A stretch of 59,540 bases of DNA from an uncultured Desulfurococcaceae archaeon (GCA_964522175.1 CAZFVC010000001.1:1-59540), one strand, 5' to 3'; shown: positions 1 to 9,425, numbered from the stretch's first letter. A program made the numbers and translations. Notes: generated from the sequence alone by a model not told the origin.

Positions 1-3000
1 ACTCTAGAATTATCCTCATCATCTTAACTGTCTTGCCGGGCGGGCAGTAGGCGTCCACTGGATGGAAGGCGTTCTGCTGCAGGAAGTCCTCCCTAATCAT
101 TCTGGCGACGTCGAGAAGAAGCTTGTCCTCCTCTGGCAGGGCGTCAGGGCCTACTAGCCTGACGATCTCCATAAGCTCAGACTCTCTCTGAAGGATTTTC
201 AGAGCCTCATTCCTTATGTCAAGCCATTCAGGGAAGTCCTTCTTCCACCACTCCTCAACAGTCTCGACATAGAGGGAGTAGCTCATCAGCCAGCTTATCG
301 CCGGGAAGTGTCTCCTGTTCGCAAGCGATATGTCCAGAGCGACTAAGGTCCCTATATATCTTAAGGTGTTCTGGGTGACGGGCTCGCTGAAGTCCGCTCC
401 AGGTGGGGATACTGCCCCAACAATTGTTAGTGAACCGCTTCTTTCAGGAATCCCTGAGCACACGACCCTGCCTGACCTTTCATAGAACTCGGCCAGCCTC
501 GAACCTAGGTATGCGGGATAACCCTCCTCTCCAGGCATTTCCTCCAGTCTCGCACTGATTTCCCTCATTGCCTCAGCCCATCTCGAGGTCGAGTCAGCAA
601 CCATCAGTATGTCATACCCCATATCCCTGAAGTACTCGCCAATGGTTACACCGAGGAAAACACTTGTCTCTCTGGCTGCGACAGGCATGTTGGACGTGTT
701 GGCAATGAATACGGCTTTCTCGGACAGAGGTCTCCCTGACTTCGGGTCCTTCAGCTTAAGGAAACTGTGGAGAGCGTCAGCCATCTCATTACCTCTCTCG
801 CCGCATCCTACATATATATTCAGCTGTGTCCTCGCCCATTTAGTCAGTGTTTGAAGTAGCACAGTGTTATGGAATATTACAGGAGTATAGCCTCCGACGA
901 AGTTGCGCGTTTGAGGAACCACTAAGTCATAAACAATTGTCTTCTCTTCAACTATCTCAACGTTCTCAATCCTATCTAGGGTCACGTATTCAAGCATGCT
1001 CAGTATGTTTCTAAGATATTTTCTAAGAACCCTGGCCTTGACTGACTGCATAGCTTTACTCCTGGTTACGGCTTCAAGCTTAAGAAGAGACCTCGTAGTG
1101 ATATTCTCGTTTCTATAAATCTGGTTCCCTATGTGTATTCCTTGAGCCTCCAAGGCCCTCTTAGATAAGTAGTCGTAGATTCCCCTCAGAATTCTTGGAT
1201 CGACAGGTATTGCCTCCCTCGACACACGTCCAGCTCTTCCTGTATATGCTACTCTCTCAACTTGAAGAACCTTTTCTGTGCGTACTGCATCCTTAAGCAC
1301 TTTTTCAAAGAATTTCCGAATTTGTTCCTTCCCGGTTATCAGTATTCTGTTCTTTCTAGGCTTGAAGCTTACTGAGTAAAGAATTCCGAGCCTAGTTAGC
1401 AGATAGGTTAATCCTTTAGCAAGCTCCTTTGAAGCGGTAGATAATTCCAGCTGTGTCTTCCCTGCATAACCGTCTCCTAGGAAGAAGCCCTTAAGGAAAG
1501 CGGAAATCACATCATCGCTTGCAGTGAGTATTTCTTGAGGAACTTTACATGTGTTTGCCTTATTCTCTACAGGAATACCTAGGGCTTTGAGAATTCTTAC
1601 CACTAAGGATGAATGAATCTCTAATCCTCCAACAGTTCTGAATGTTTTACGGACTCCCTTAACATCGAATATCTTCGTCATCAGTTCCTCAAATCTATCT
1701 ATTAATCTAGCGTCATTATTGAAGAACCTCACATGGGTGGCTGCAATCATGCCGTCAGATATTATTAGTCCGAGAAGCTCTGCAAGATCCTCATCCAACG
1801 TGTTGGGTATTCTAACAACTTTAGAGCTTCTCCTAACCCGCAGTGTCTTAGGTAGCCAGATTTCTGCTTCAGTTAATTTCCTGAGATTCACAATAACCTT
1901 TAGCGGCACTGTTCTGTCTTTGTGATATATTATTTGTTTAAGCGTATCAGTTTTCAGTTCTGAGAGATCAGCAAGCTTCTCAAAGAGCTTGGGATCATTT
2001 CTTAGAATCTCCTTCAACTTATCCCTAACTAGATCATTGACTTCCTTATCGTCGCTTGCAATGTCTCCATATATGCTTAGTTTCTCAAGTAGCTTTTCAG
2101 CTAGAGGTATTTGTTTATCCTCCAGCTTTATGTGTTTAGGAACTATGAGAAACATTCCCTTCTCAATACTTTCCGCCTTAAGCTCCTTCACTTCCCCTTC
2201 AGGGAAGTAGATAGGGAGTTTATGCTGGGGAGTTACCTCAATAATCCTTCCGCTCGAAGTCTTTATTCTGACTATCCTGTCAGTATATCCTCTATAGACC
2301 TGTGTTGCGTGGACTTTCCTGAGCTTCCGGCCGTCGAAACCTATAAGCTCTATCGGCTCTTTAAGCTCATATATCTCTTCAGGTAGTGTTGGGTCAGGTT
2401 CACCCCCCTTCGCTTCCTTAAAGATTTCATCAATAATTCTCAGCGACCCATCACTAAGCATTACCGGTGTGCCTGGAACCACACATTTCCCGCTGCCGAA
2501 CCCTCCGGGAACTGCGGCCTTACCTCCTTTAGCTATTGGGAAAAGCATGTCGAGAACTCTCTGCCCAGTGATCAGAGGTTCCACAGGCTCCAACCTCTTT
2601 AGGTAGGGTCTCGGTTTCCTCACAGGCCATTTCTGAAGCATTGGGAGCTCTTTAACCTCTCCTCCTCCAATGTCTATGACAGCTATTGTTTCCTCTATGG
2701 TGTAGTCGCCGTCGGGAGCCACTTCGTTTAATATGCCCTTAATGCCGGGAGGCACCATTATTTTATGTTCCAAGATAGGCGTCTCCGGCACTACACCGAG
2801 AACAACTCCGGGCTCGACCTTGTCTCCTGGCTTAACTTCAGGGTTTCTATGGAATTCCCACTTCTTCTCCCTTGAGAGGGGAGGGACCTTAATACCTTTC
2901 TCGATGAAGGGGCCTATCATACTGCCGAGAACGGATAAGGGTCTCTGCAGTCCGTCATACACGGCACCAACAATTCCCGGCCCCAGCTCAGCAGAAAGCA

Positions 3001-3208
3001 GATCGCCTGTGCCTTCAACAGGTTCCCCGACTTTAAGGCCTGAAGTGTCCTCATACACCTGAATGAAGGCCCTATCTCCCTGCAGACCGATTATTTCACC
3101 GATTAGTCTCTCCTCACCAACCTGAACAACTTCGTAAACCATTGATCCTTTCATTTCCTCAGCAACTATGAGTGGTCCAGCCACCCTCCTTATTTTACCT
3201 ACTACCAT
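1..3208 (-). CDS. atpA: A-type ATP synthase catalytic subunit A precursor. It contains an intein and its 3' end is cut by the window edge.
   Basis: I translated the minus strand by hand from the ATG at 3208. It reads [21 protein letters not shown]...[29 protein letters not shown], then a 540-codon insert, then [32 protein letters not shown]...[41 protein letters not shown]... with no stop before position 1. It lies 4 nt downstream of the atpF stop. The ORF track omits it because it runs off the window. Confidence 0.93.
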   Translation of the reverse strand, partial: MVVGKIRRVAGPLIVAEEMKGSMVYEVVQVGEERLIGEIIGLQGDRAFIQVYEDTSGLKVGEPVEGTGDLLSAELGPGIVGAVYDGLQRPLSVLGSMIGPFIEKGIKVPPLSREKKWEFHRNPEVKPGDKVEPGVVLGVVPETPILEHKIMVPPGIKGILNEVAPDGDYTIEETIAVIDIGGGEVKELPMLQKWPVRKPRPYLKRLEPVEPLITGQRVLDMLFPIAKGGKAAVPGGFGSGKCVVPGTPVMLSDGSLRIIDEIFKEAKGGEPDPTLPEEIYELKEPIELIGFDGRKLRKVHATQVYRGYTDRIVRIKTSSGRIIEVTPQHKLPIYFPEGEVKELKAESIEKGMFLIVPKHIKLEDKQIPLAEKLLEKLSIYGDIASDDKEVNDLVRDKLKEILRNDPKLFEKLADLSELKTDTLKQIIYHKDRTVPLKVIVNLRKLTEAEIWLPKTLRVRRSSKVVRIPNTLDEDLAELLGLIISDGMIAATHVRFFNNDARLIDRFEELMTKIFDVKGVRKTFRTVGGLEIHSSLVVRILKALGIPVENKANTCKVPQEILTASDDVISAFLKGFFLGDGYAGKTQLELSTASKELAKGLTYLLTRLGILYSVSFKPRKNRILITGKEQIRKFFEKVLKDAVRTEKVLQVERVAYTGRAGRVSREAIPVDPRILRGIYDYLSKRALEAQGIHIGNQIYRNENITTRSLLKLEAVTRSKAMQSVKARVLRKYLRNILSMLEYVTLDRIENVEIVEEKTIVYDLVVPQTRNFVGGYTPVIFHNTVLLQTLTKWARTQLNIYVGCGERGNEMADALHSFLKLKDPKSGRPLSEKAVFIANTSNMPVAARETSVFLGVTIGEYFRDMGYDILMVADSTSRWAEAMREISARLEEMPGEEGYPAYLGSRLAEFYERSGRVVCSGIPERSGSLTIVGAVSPPGADFSEPVTQNTLRYIGTLVALDISLANRRHFPAISWLMSYSLYVETVEEWWKKDFPEWLDIRNEALKILQRESELMEIVRLVGPDALPEEDKLLLDVARMIREDFLQQNAFHPVDAYCPPGKTVKMMRIILE
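866..2485 (-). mobile_element. Intein (540 codons) with a LAGLIDADG homing-endonuclease domain, inserted in the atpA Walker A loop
   Basis: It starts with Cys ([13 protein letters not shown]) directly after GGFGSGK. Block B reads EVTPQHKL. Two LAGLIDADG motifs are present: [14 protein letters not shown] and [14 protein letters not shown]. It ends [23 protein letters not shown] and is followed by +1 Thr. Joining the flanks restores GSGK-T. Length is 1620 nt, in frame. Confidence 0.9.
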
Positions 3209-3212
3209 TTGC

Positions 3213-3560
3213 TCACACCTCCAGACTTATGCCTAAGTAAGTACGTATGAGGGAGGAATAATACTCCTTTACGTCCATTTCATGTGCCGTCCTCCCGCTC
3301 GGCATGTAAATAATTAGGGGATACATGGTGGTTCTTTTCAGTGACTCAACCACATTCTTAAGTCTGTCCTGAACAATCACCACCCCCACATCACCTCTCT
3401 CATATATGCTGGTCAACACCTGCTTCACTTTCTCCACGTTACCTCCGTTACCAAGATTTTCAACTATGTAACTCACCTTTGCTCCTCCTAGACGGAAGCC
3501 GGTGACGAAGACTTCGTCACCGACGACAGCTATTTTGCCTTTACTTACTGGTGAGCTCAT
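3213..3560 (-). CDS. atpF: A-type ATP synthase subunit F
   Basis: 115 aa. It sits between atpC and atpA. The [19 protein letters not shown]-terminus is typical of A/V-type subunit F. Confidence 0.85.
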   Translation of the reverse strand: MSSPVSKGKIAVVGDEVFVTGFRLGGAKVSYIVENLGNGGNVEKVKQVLTSIYERGDVGVVIVQDRLKNVVESLKRTTMYPLIIYMPSGRTAHEMDVKEYYSSLIRTYLGISLEV

Positions 3561-4521
3561 AAAGCCATAACCACCTCTCTAAGCTCTGCTTCAGGTATTC
3601 AGGGGAGTACCCCATGCTTAATGCGTAGATTGTGTGTGTAACGAAAAAAGTTTCCCAGTCCTTTAGTATTAGGTACTGGAGAAGGGTTTCAATACCCAGG
3701 GGGGAGAGATGTATCTCGTTTAAGCAACGGAAGAGTTCTCCGAAGATTAGGAATGATTCCAGCCTCCCGTAGTCTTCAGCTGTCGCCTTAAGTATCTCCT
3801 GTTCCTTAGGATCGAAAAACTGTAGCACTTTAGAGATGTCGTGCTCAGTTAGCTCAGCCTTCCTCACTTCATGAATAAGTGGAATAACTTTCCTCACCCT
3901 ATTCATGCACCTTGTGAGGGCTTCCCCTCCACCAGCCTTCCTCACCTCATCAGCAACCATAGACCAGAACGTTTTCCTAGCCTTAAGGATGAAGTCGTAG
4001 GGATCTACCTCACGTATCTCGTAGTCCCTGTAGTTCTGAAGAATTTCTATGACGGGTTTGAGGTCTTCCCTACTCTTCTTCTTTAGGGACTCGATTAGGT
4101 CGGCGAAGGTTTTCGCTTCCTTAACCACTAAGAAAATGTCTTGATTTAGAGGATATGGGAGATCAACTGTTTTGTTACCTGCTATTCCATAAATAACTGC
4201 CATGAGAGGGTATCTTCCTATGTATGTGTTTACAACACTCGTCAACTTTCTTCCGGGCCCGATCTTGGTCATGAGTTCCTTGAGGTTGCTTGTCCAGCAG
4301 GACAGGAGCTTCGCATATATTACGTCGGATTGCGGTATTTCACTGATCTTTATTTCTTTCTGTAGGCACAGTGATACATCTGTTCCTGCAGCGGCGGTGA
4401 TGAAGTCTGAAGGTGTCTTAATGCTTACACCCACCAGCCTGTTTAGGTAGGTGGGTGTTATGGTCTTGTTTAGCTTCAGTTTAAGGACGCTGAGAAACTT
4501 TAGGTCGCTGGTTGTCCACAT
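3541..4521 (-). CDS. atpC: A-type ATP synthase subunit C
   Basis: 326 aa, helical. It lies between atpE and atpF in the H-I-K-E-C-F-A order and overlaps atpF by 20 nt. The call rests mainly on position and size. Confidence 0.75.
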   Translation of the reverse strand: MWTTSDLKFLSVLKLKLNKTITPTYLNRLVGVSIKTPSDFITAAAGTDVSLCLQKEIKISEIPQSDVIYAKLLSCWTSNLKELMTKIGPGRKLTSVVNTYIGRYPLMAVIYGIAGNKTVDLPYPLNQDIFLVVKEAKTFADLIESLKKKSREDLKPVIEILQNYRDYEIREVDPYDFILKARKTFWSMVADEVRKAGGGEALTRCMNRVRKVIPLIHEVRKAELTEHDISKVLQFFDPKEQEILKATAEDYGRLESFLIFGELFRCLNEIHLSPLGIETLLQYLILKDWETFFVTHTIYALSMGYSPEYLKQSLERWLWLYELTSK

Positions 4522-4525
4522 TGAT

Positions 4526-5122
4526 TTATCCCTTGAATATCTCCTTATTCAGCTCCCCCAATATTATTCTGATTGCTCTCTCCAACCTAGTTCTGTAGGT
4601 GTTGTCTATTGCCACGCTGGAGTCCTCGTTCTCAATAATCAGCCCCCCTAGATATTCCTCAGGAATTATTTCTGCGGCGATGAGGTCTTTCTGGAGTCCC
4701 AACTCCTTAACAGCCTCCTTAACTAGTTTGAGGTCGTGCTCAATTACCTTGACCCTGAAGCTCCCGCCTATGATTCCGCTGTCGAGGGAGTCTTTAAGTA
4801 ATCTCTTAATAGATTCCTTCCTCTCCGTCTTCGAGAGGTTCTTGATTCTCTCCGTAGCTTCCTTAACTATGTCCTCGATGAGTTCCCTCTTCAGTTTAAG
4901 GAGTTCAGCATTTAGCTCGCTTATCCTGGCAGTATATTTCCTGCTCTCTTCCTCCCTTACCTGTGTGATTATTTCTTCCTTCCTCTGCCTAAGTCTCTCC
5001 ATATATTCTCTCTTAGCTGACTCCACCAGTTCCTCCGCCTGTTTCCTAGCGTTCTCCAGAATTTTCTCTGCCTTCAGCCGCGCCTTCTTGATCACACTCT
5101 TCCTCAGTTCCTCTAGACTCAC
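4526..5122 (-). CDS. atpE: A-type ATP synthase subunit E
   Basis: 198 aa. A long charged N-terminal helix (LEELRKSVIKKARLKAEKILENARKQAEEL) is followed by a globular C-terminus. The operon position fits. Confidence 0.8.
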   Translation of the reverse strand: MSLEELRKSVIKKARLKAEKILENARKQAEELVESAKREYMERLRQRKEEIITQVREEESRKYTARISELNAELLKLKRELIEDIVKEATERIKNLSKTERKESIKRLLKDSLDSGIIGGSFRVKVIEHDLKLVKEAVKELGLQKDLIAAEIIPEEYLGGLIIENEDSSVAIDNTYRTRLERAIRIILGELNKEIFKG

Positions 5123-5145
5123 TCCCCCAACCTCCTAGGTCTTTA

Positions 5146-5658
5146 CTATATGGGGAGCCCTGCAATTATTGTCACTACTAGGTATCCCAGCACCATGCCG
5201 AGAATTCCGAAAAGCTCCTCGTAGGATGCGAGAATCATTGTAGATGTAGCTATCCTTCCCTTAGTCTTAACTAGCTCGAGAATACCTGACATACATACAG
5301 CTCCTTGGTAGGCTGCAGAGAACAGCTCCGCAAGCATTACCGCTAGGCTGACAGTGAATATCGCTGCGGCCTTGGCGATGGTCAGAGTCTCTGTCACGGA
5401 AGGTAAAACGCTGGTGAATCCTAGGAGTGTGTAGATGAATCCGTAGAACGTCTGAGTCATTGGTAGTGAGGAAAGCAGCATGACCCACTTGAAAGATCCC
5501 GGGTCCTCAGCCAGGACTGAGAGACCTGCATTCGCTGCCCTTAGAATACCTATTGCTGAACCTACAAATCCTCCTATGAAACCTAACGCTATACCTGCAG
5601 CCGCTACAGCGAAGGGGTCTAGGAACGCTGTGACTGGTTCTGTCATATCTCCACCCAA
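5146..5658 (-). CDS. atpK: A-type ATP synthase proteolipid (c/K subunit), duplicated 4-TM form
   Basis: 170 aa with two helical hairpins. Hairpin 1 reads GSAIGILRAANAGLSVLAEDPGSF...LPMTQTFYGF. This is the canonical c-subunit pattern, but with Met where the ion-binding Glu normally sits. Hairpin 2 reads SAAYQGAV...ILASYEELFGILGMV and retains Glu. Confidence 0.85.
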   Translation of the reverse strand: MGGDMTEPVTAFLDPFAVAAAGIALGFIGGFVGSAIGILRAANAGLSVLAEDPGSFKWVMLLSSLPMTQTFYGFIYTLLGFTSVLPSVTETLTIAKAAAIFTVSLAVMLAELFSAAYQGAVCMSGILELVKTKGRIATSTMILASYEELFGILGMVLGYLVVTIIAGLPI

Positions 5659-5719
5659 GAAGATGTTAGTGGGGGGTTATTAAGCCATGCGCAAAATTCT
5701 TAGACGTATGAAAACTTTC

Positions 5720-7738
5720 TCATACCCCTTTACCGACTAGTATATGCTTCCCCAGCTTCGCTGTGAGGGGCTGGAACTCCCTACCATTTCCTTCATACCA
5801 CTTCGGAAGGAACTCTACGAAGCATAGACGGAGGGAATGCACGAACGCCCCTATGACGCCGAACACTATGTTAATCATATTCATTGCCAGCATGATGAAG
5901 GCCGCCGCGACAGCACCAATAACTATTCCTGCCAGCGGTATCATTGAGGAGAAAGCTGTGAATACCTCTAGGGAAAGGCCGTTGAAGCTTTTCGCCATAA
6001 GGTATGTCGCTAATCCAAGCCCGGCAAGCCTGCTATACGACAGTATGTCACCGAGTAGGCCTGTTATGCTGAAGAACCACATAAGCATACCTAAGCCGCC
6101 CATGCTTTTCAGGCTTCCTGCAATAAGCATACCGAGCCCCACCAGGGATGCCCCTAAGAATATTGTGAGCATCTGGTCACTCATCGGGAATATGTCGTAA
6201 TGCATCATGGAGTGAAGGATGTATGGAATACCGAAGATCTGGACAATGAAAATACCTGCCTCCATCATGACGTGCCCGAAGTTTCCCTCCTTAATCCCTT
6301 TAGCTAAGGAGATGCCGTGGGATATGTTGATATGTATTAAACCAACCACCAGCGCGAAGGTTAGGAACCATATCGGGTCCACGAAGTTAAGTATAGAAGG
6401 CACTGCCGCCCCCTGCTCGGGGAGGGTGAATACCCATCCATTCTCTGTGAGGACGAATGAGAACCCGGCGAAGGTGTTGGAGAGGAGGCCGAATACGGTT
6501 GATGATATTGCAAGCATTAGCAGCATCTTCTTAAGGGTTACGTAGCCCTCTGAGTACGGATTGTCTATGAGTCCTGACCTGTCGAGAACGAACTTAATCA
6601 GAATGAATAAAATTATTCCGTAGACAAAGTCAGCGAACATGGCGCCGAAGAAAATCATGAATGAATACATTATTATTGGGGTCGGGTCCCACTCCCTCCT
6701 GTCAGGGACTCCGTAAAGCCTCGTAATGAGTTCGAAGGGCTTTATGGGTTTCCTATTCTTGAGTTTAGTTGGGGGTTCGCGATCCACCTTCTCCACGCGG
6801 GAGATGTAGAATGTGCCGACCTCCTTCTGCAGTGCCCCCGGAACTAGGTGGAATTCCGGCTCCGGCACCCAGCCCTCCACGCCTGCTAGGTAGTCTCCAC
6901 CGAGAGCACTCATCAAAGCGTTTAGTTTAGCCCTGTAAATCTCCGAAACCACTTTTCCGTAGCCGATCTCCGGAGCGTTCGACTCAAGAATCTCTTTCAG
7001 CTTATCCTGAAGCTTCTTGGATTCGTATGCAAGCTCATTTATCCTGGCTTCAAGCCTTCCAAGCTCTTCACTGAGGGTTTTATCCGAAGGTTCAATCGGA
7101 AGTATTTCCACCTTATTCTTCTTAAGCAGCTCGCTCAGGCTGTCCTTACTTATCTTCATTCCAGCAATAACAGCAACATCCTTATCCTCGATTGGTGCCC
7201 TCGCTACTATGAGTGTGTCTTCAGGTATTTCCTTAGCGACATTATTTATGGAGAATCTGCTTCCTAAAACAACCATGGAGTAGATAAGATCTCCTTCCCA
7301 CACAATATTCTTTATAGGGACATCCCCAACCACAGGGAGGAGAGCCTCCAGTGAGGAGTGAATGGTCCTGAGCTTGGAGAACTCTCGCCCCATGTTATCT
7401 ATGCTGTAAATCAGGTTCCCTACCTCGCCTTTCAGCCTTCTTAAAATCTCGAGAGTTTTAGATAGCTGCTCATCCAGAGTCGAGACATCAATGTCTTGGG
7501 TTATCTCCACAATAACGGGTTTTTCGTATGTGCTCTCCAGAGACTCTATAAGTCTCTCCAGCTCCTCAACCTCTCTGGCCTTCTCCTTTAATGCCTTAAC
7601 ATCCTCCTCAGGTATCTTCCCTATAGGCTCTACCTCCATAATCCCGAGTTCCTGAAGAGTGGCTATAACCTTCTCCCTTAAGTCCCTTGTCGTCAGAATT
7701 CTCACGTAAGTGAATCTCTCCGGGAAGGAGACAATCAT
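5720..7738 (-). CDS. atpI: A-type ATP synthase subunit I (stator a-subunit)
   Basis: 672 aa. A soluble coiled-coil N-terminal half is followed by a polytopic membrane C-terminal half. It sits between atpH and atpK. Confidence 0.9.
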   Translation of the reverse strand: MIVSFPERFTYVRILTTRDLREKVIATLQELGIMEVEPIGKIPEEDVKALKEKAREVEELERLIESLESTYEKPVIVEITQDIDVSTLDEQLSKTLEILRRLKGEVGNLIYSIDNMGREFSKLRTIHSSLEALLPVVGDVPIKNIVWEGDLIYSMVVLGSRFSINNVAKEIPEDTLIVARAPIEDKDVAVIAGMKISKDSLSELLKKNKVEILPIEPSDKTLSEELGRLEARINELAYESKKLQDKLKEILESNAPEIGYGKVVSEIYRAKLNALMSALGGDYLAGVEGWVPEPEFHLVPGALQKEVGTFYISRVEKVDREPPTKLKNRKPIKPFELITRLYGVPDRREWDPTPIIMYSFMIFFGAMFADFVYGIILFILIKFVLDRSGLIDNPYSEGYVTLKKMLLMLAISSTVFGLLSNTFAGFSFVLTENGWVFTLPEQGAAVPSILNFVDPIWFLTFALVVGLIHINISHGISLAKGIKEGNFGHVMMEAGIFIVQIFGIPYILHSMMHYDIFPMSDQMLTIFLGASLVGLGMLIAGSLKSMGGLGMLMWFFSITGLLGDILSYSRLAGLGLATYLMAKSFNGLSLEVFTAFSSMIPLAGIVIGAVAAAFIMLAMNMINIVFGVIGAFVHSLRLCFVEFLPKWYEGNGREFQPLTAKLGKHILVGKGV

Positions 7739-7739
7739 C

Positions 7740-8042
7740 TTAATCTCCCGTCAAGGCGGTTAGGTTCACGATACGCTCAATAAATAAATTCTTCTTCTTC
7801 TCGAAGGCCTTACGGATCTCAGTTTTTCTCTTCTCGAAGTTTTCCTCAGCATCCTTAAGCCTGGAAGAATATTCGGCCTTAATGGCCTCAAGCTCATCCT
7901 CCCTGACAGGATTCTCTATCGGCATGTCGTGCCATTTCTCAGCCTCAGCCTTCGCCTCGCTAAGGATACGCTCGGCCTCCTTCTCCGCCTCCTCAATAAT
8001 TCTCCGGGCCTCGGCCTCGATCTCCTCAATCGACACTTCCAA
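7740..8042 (-). CDS. atpH: A-type ATP synthase subunit H
   Basis: 100 aa, highly charged and helical (IEEIEAEARRIIEEAEKEAERILSEAKAEAE). It is the first gene of the operon and ends 1 nt before atpI. Confidence 0.7.
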   Translation of the reverse strand: MEVSIEEIEAEARRIIEEAEKEAERILSEAKAEAEKWHDMPIENPVREDELEAIKAEYSSRLKDAEENFEKRKTEIRKAFEKKKNLFIERIVNLTALTGD

Positions 8043-8160
8043 CCCCCCAAAAGAAGGGATAGGGTTAGTTAAAAAGCATTGGTGATGATGAGTTTAGCAA
8101 CCTACTGCTGCTTCTAGACCAGTTAAAACTAATTTAGAAAAGGAAACTAGGTAAGAAAAG

Positions 8161-8493
8161 ATGCAAGTAGTTAAAAGATCGGTAGCTATCGGTCCTGTTC
8201 TGGACCGCGTAATTAGGGGGACGTGGGAAGGATTAGTTGATGCAGGGTATGACGTATCATACTCAACAGTCCTGAACTTCCTGCTCACCCTCGCCGTGCT
8301 TCAGACAGCTAAGCACGGAATAGATGAAGACATAGCTCAAACACTGAAGGAGCTTCTGGAGACGTCTCCCACGGTGCTGGAGCTTGACATAGTGGATGCT
8401 GAACTAAAGCTTAAGGATCTCGCGGTGAAGGCACTTCTTCAGTCCGCGGAAGAGGAAGCTGAGGAGCAATCCACAGAGAAAACCAGTAATTAA
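8161..8493 (+). CDS. Hypothetical protein (110 aa), acidic C-terminus
   Basis: The ORF has protein-like composition. The N-terminal VKRSVAIGPVLDRVIR could be the strand-helix of a ribbon-helix-helix fold, but this is a guess. An oligo-T run follows the stop. Confidence 0.5.
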   Translation: MQVVKRSVAIGPVLDRVIRGTWEGLVDAGYDVSYSTVLNFLLTLAVLQTAKHGIDEDIAQTLKELLETSPTVLELDIVDAELKLKDLAVKALLQSAEEEAEEQSTEKTSN

Positions 8494-8570
8494 ACCTCTT
8501 TTTCATTAAGGTACATGAATTAATGCATTAAGTAATAGACTTAGGCAACGATAAACAGTTGCCTCAAGTG

Positions 8571-8625
8571 TCAGACCTCACACGGTTCTTCATTGATTAC
8601 TCAGATCCGGAGTGTTCTTCATCAC
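8571..8625 (-). ncRNA. Candidate C/D box sRNA (about 55 nt)
   Basis: The minus strand reads GTGATGA (C) - AGAACACTCCGGAT - CTGA (D') - GTAATCA - ATGAAGA (C', one mismatch) - ACCGTGTGAGGT (12 nt) - CTGA (D). A palindromic TATA element lies about 25-30 nt upstream on the same strand. A GGCAAC/GTTGCC hairpin lies just downstream (8544-8563). Confidence 0.55.
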
Positions 8626-8648
8626 GCGTTATCAATGTTTTTTAGAGA

Positions 8649-8660
8649 TTAATATATTAA
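8649..8660. promoter_or_regulatory. Palindromic TATA-like element TTAATATATTAA, possibly bidirectional
   Basis: Its centre is about 24 nt upstream of the PCNA ATG (8679, plus strand). It is also about 29 nt upstream of the C box of the candidate sRNA (8625, minus strand). Confidence 0.45.
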
Positions 8661-8678
8661 CTTCCCAGAGGGAGAGTT

Positions 8679-9425
8679 ATGAGCGAGGACTTCCCGGTCT
8701 ACCTAGAATACGCCAGCGCTAAGTCATTCATCACGGTTCTTAAGGCTTTAGGGAACCTGGTTGATGAGGCCCTATTTAATTTCACGAGTGAGGGGTTGAA
8801 GGTTAAGGCTATTGACCCCGCACAGATTGCTTTAATCAGCATAAGCCTCCCCTCAGATTCCTTCCTTGAGTACAGGGTTGATAGGGAGGTGGGTGTAGGG
8901 GTAAACGTTAATAATCTGCTTAAAACCCTTCCCGCACCTAAGAAAGGCGATAAGCTGATTATGCGTGCGGGGGAGGAGTTCTACGAGGTCATTCTGGAAG
9001 GTGTCACAACAAAGAGGTATAAGTACAGATCCATTGAGGTCTCAGCGACAGAGATCCCGGAGATAGAGCTTGACTTCAAGGTCCGTGCCCTAGTTATGGC
9101 CAAGTCCTACACTACGGCGATTAAGGATCTTAAGGGTGCAGGAACACTGATTTTCGAGGTTAATGATGACCAGTACTTCCATATTAAGGCGCCTGAACTT
9201 AATGCGGAAGCTAAACTCTCGCGGCTTGGAGGCTCAATAATCGATATGGAGGTTAAGGAGGCTTCCAGAACAGGGTATGATGAGGACTATCTTGCGAGAG
9301 TGCTCAACATAGGTAATGTCGCTGAAACACTTGAAATTAAATTCGGTAATGAAATACCTGCGTATTTGTCTTTCAGTCTCGTTGAAGGGGGTTCTGTTGA
9401 ATATCTATTAGCTCCCAAGGCCTGA
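8679..9425 (+). CDS. pcn: DNA polymerase sliding clamp (PCNA paralog)
   Basis: 248 aa. The N-terminus FITVLKALGNLVDEALFNFTSEGLKVKAIDPAQIALISISL is a typical PCNA pattern, and the length fits. Confidence 0.9.
   Translation: MSEDFPVYLEYASAKSFITVLKALGNLVDEALFNFTSEGLKVKAIDPAQIALISISLPSDSFLEYRVDREVGVGVNVNNLLKTLPAPKKGDKLIMRAGEEFYEVILEGVTTKRYKYRSIEVSATEIPEIELDFKVRALVMAKSYTTAIKDLKGAGTLIFEVNDDQYFHIKAPELNAEAKLSRLGGSIIDMEVKEASRTGYDEDYLARVLNIGNVAETLEIKFGNEIPAYLSFSLVEGGSVEYLLAPKA

Noticed and set aside
609-3062. Four plus-strand ORFs in the track (609-854, 1719-1925, 1989-2386, 2733-3062)
   Set aside because: They lie antisense to the continuous atpA-plus-intein reading frame, which I verified codon by codon. 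Their products are Ser/Leu/Pro-rich with no motifs. They are shadow ORFs.
4599-5138. 179-aa plus-strand ORF rich in Ser and Leu
   Set aside because: It is antisense to atpE. The reverse complement of Glu/Lys/Leu-rich coiled-coil codons gives Ser/Leu/Phe-rich pseudo-proteins. The 201-aa ORF at 37328-37933, opposite the coiled-coil gene, is the same artefact.
8079-8130. C-box-like GGTGATGATGA on the plus strand, between atpH and the 110-aa ORF
   Set aside because: There is no CTGA D or D' box at any sensible spacing downstream on that strand, and no C' box. This is most likely just part of the divergent promoter region.
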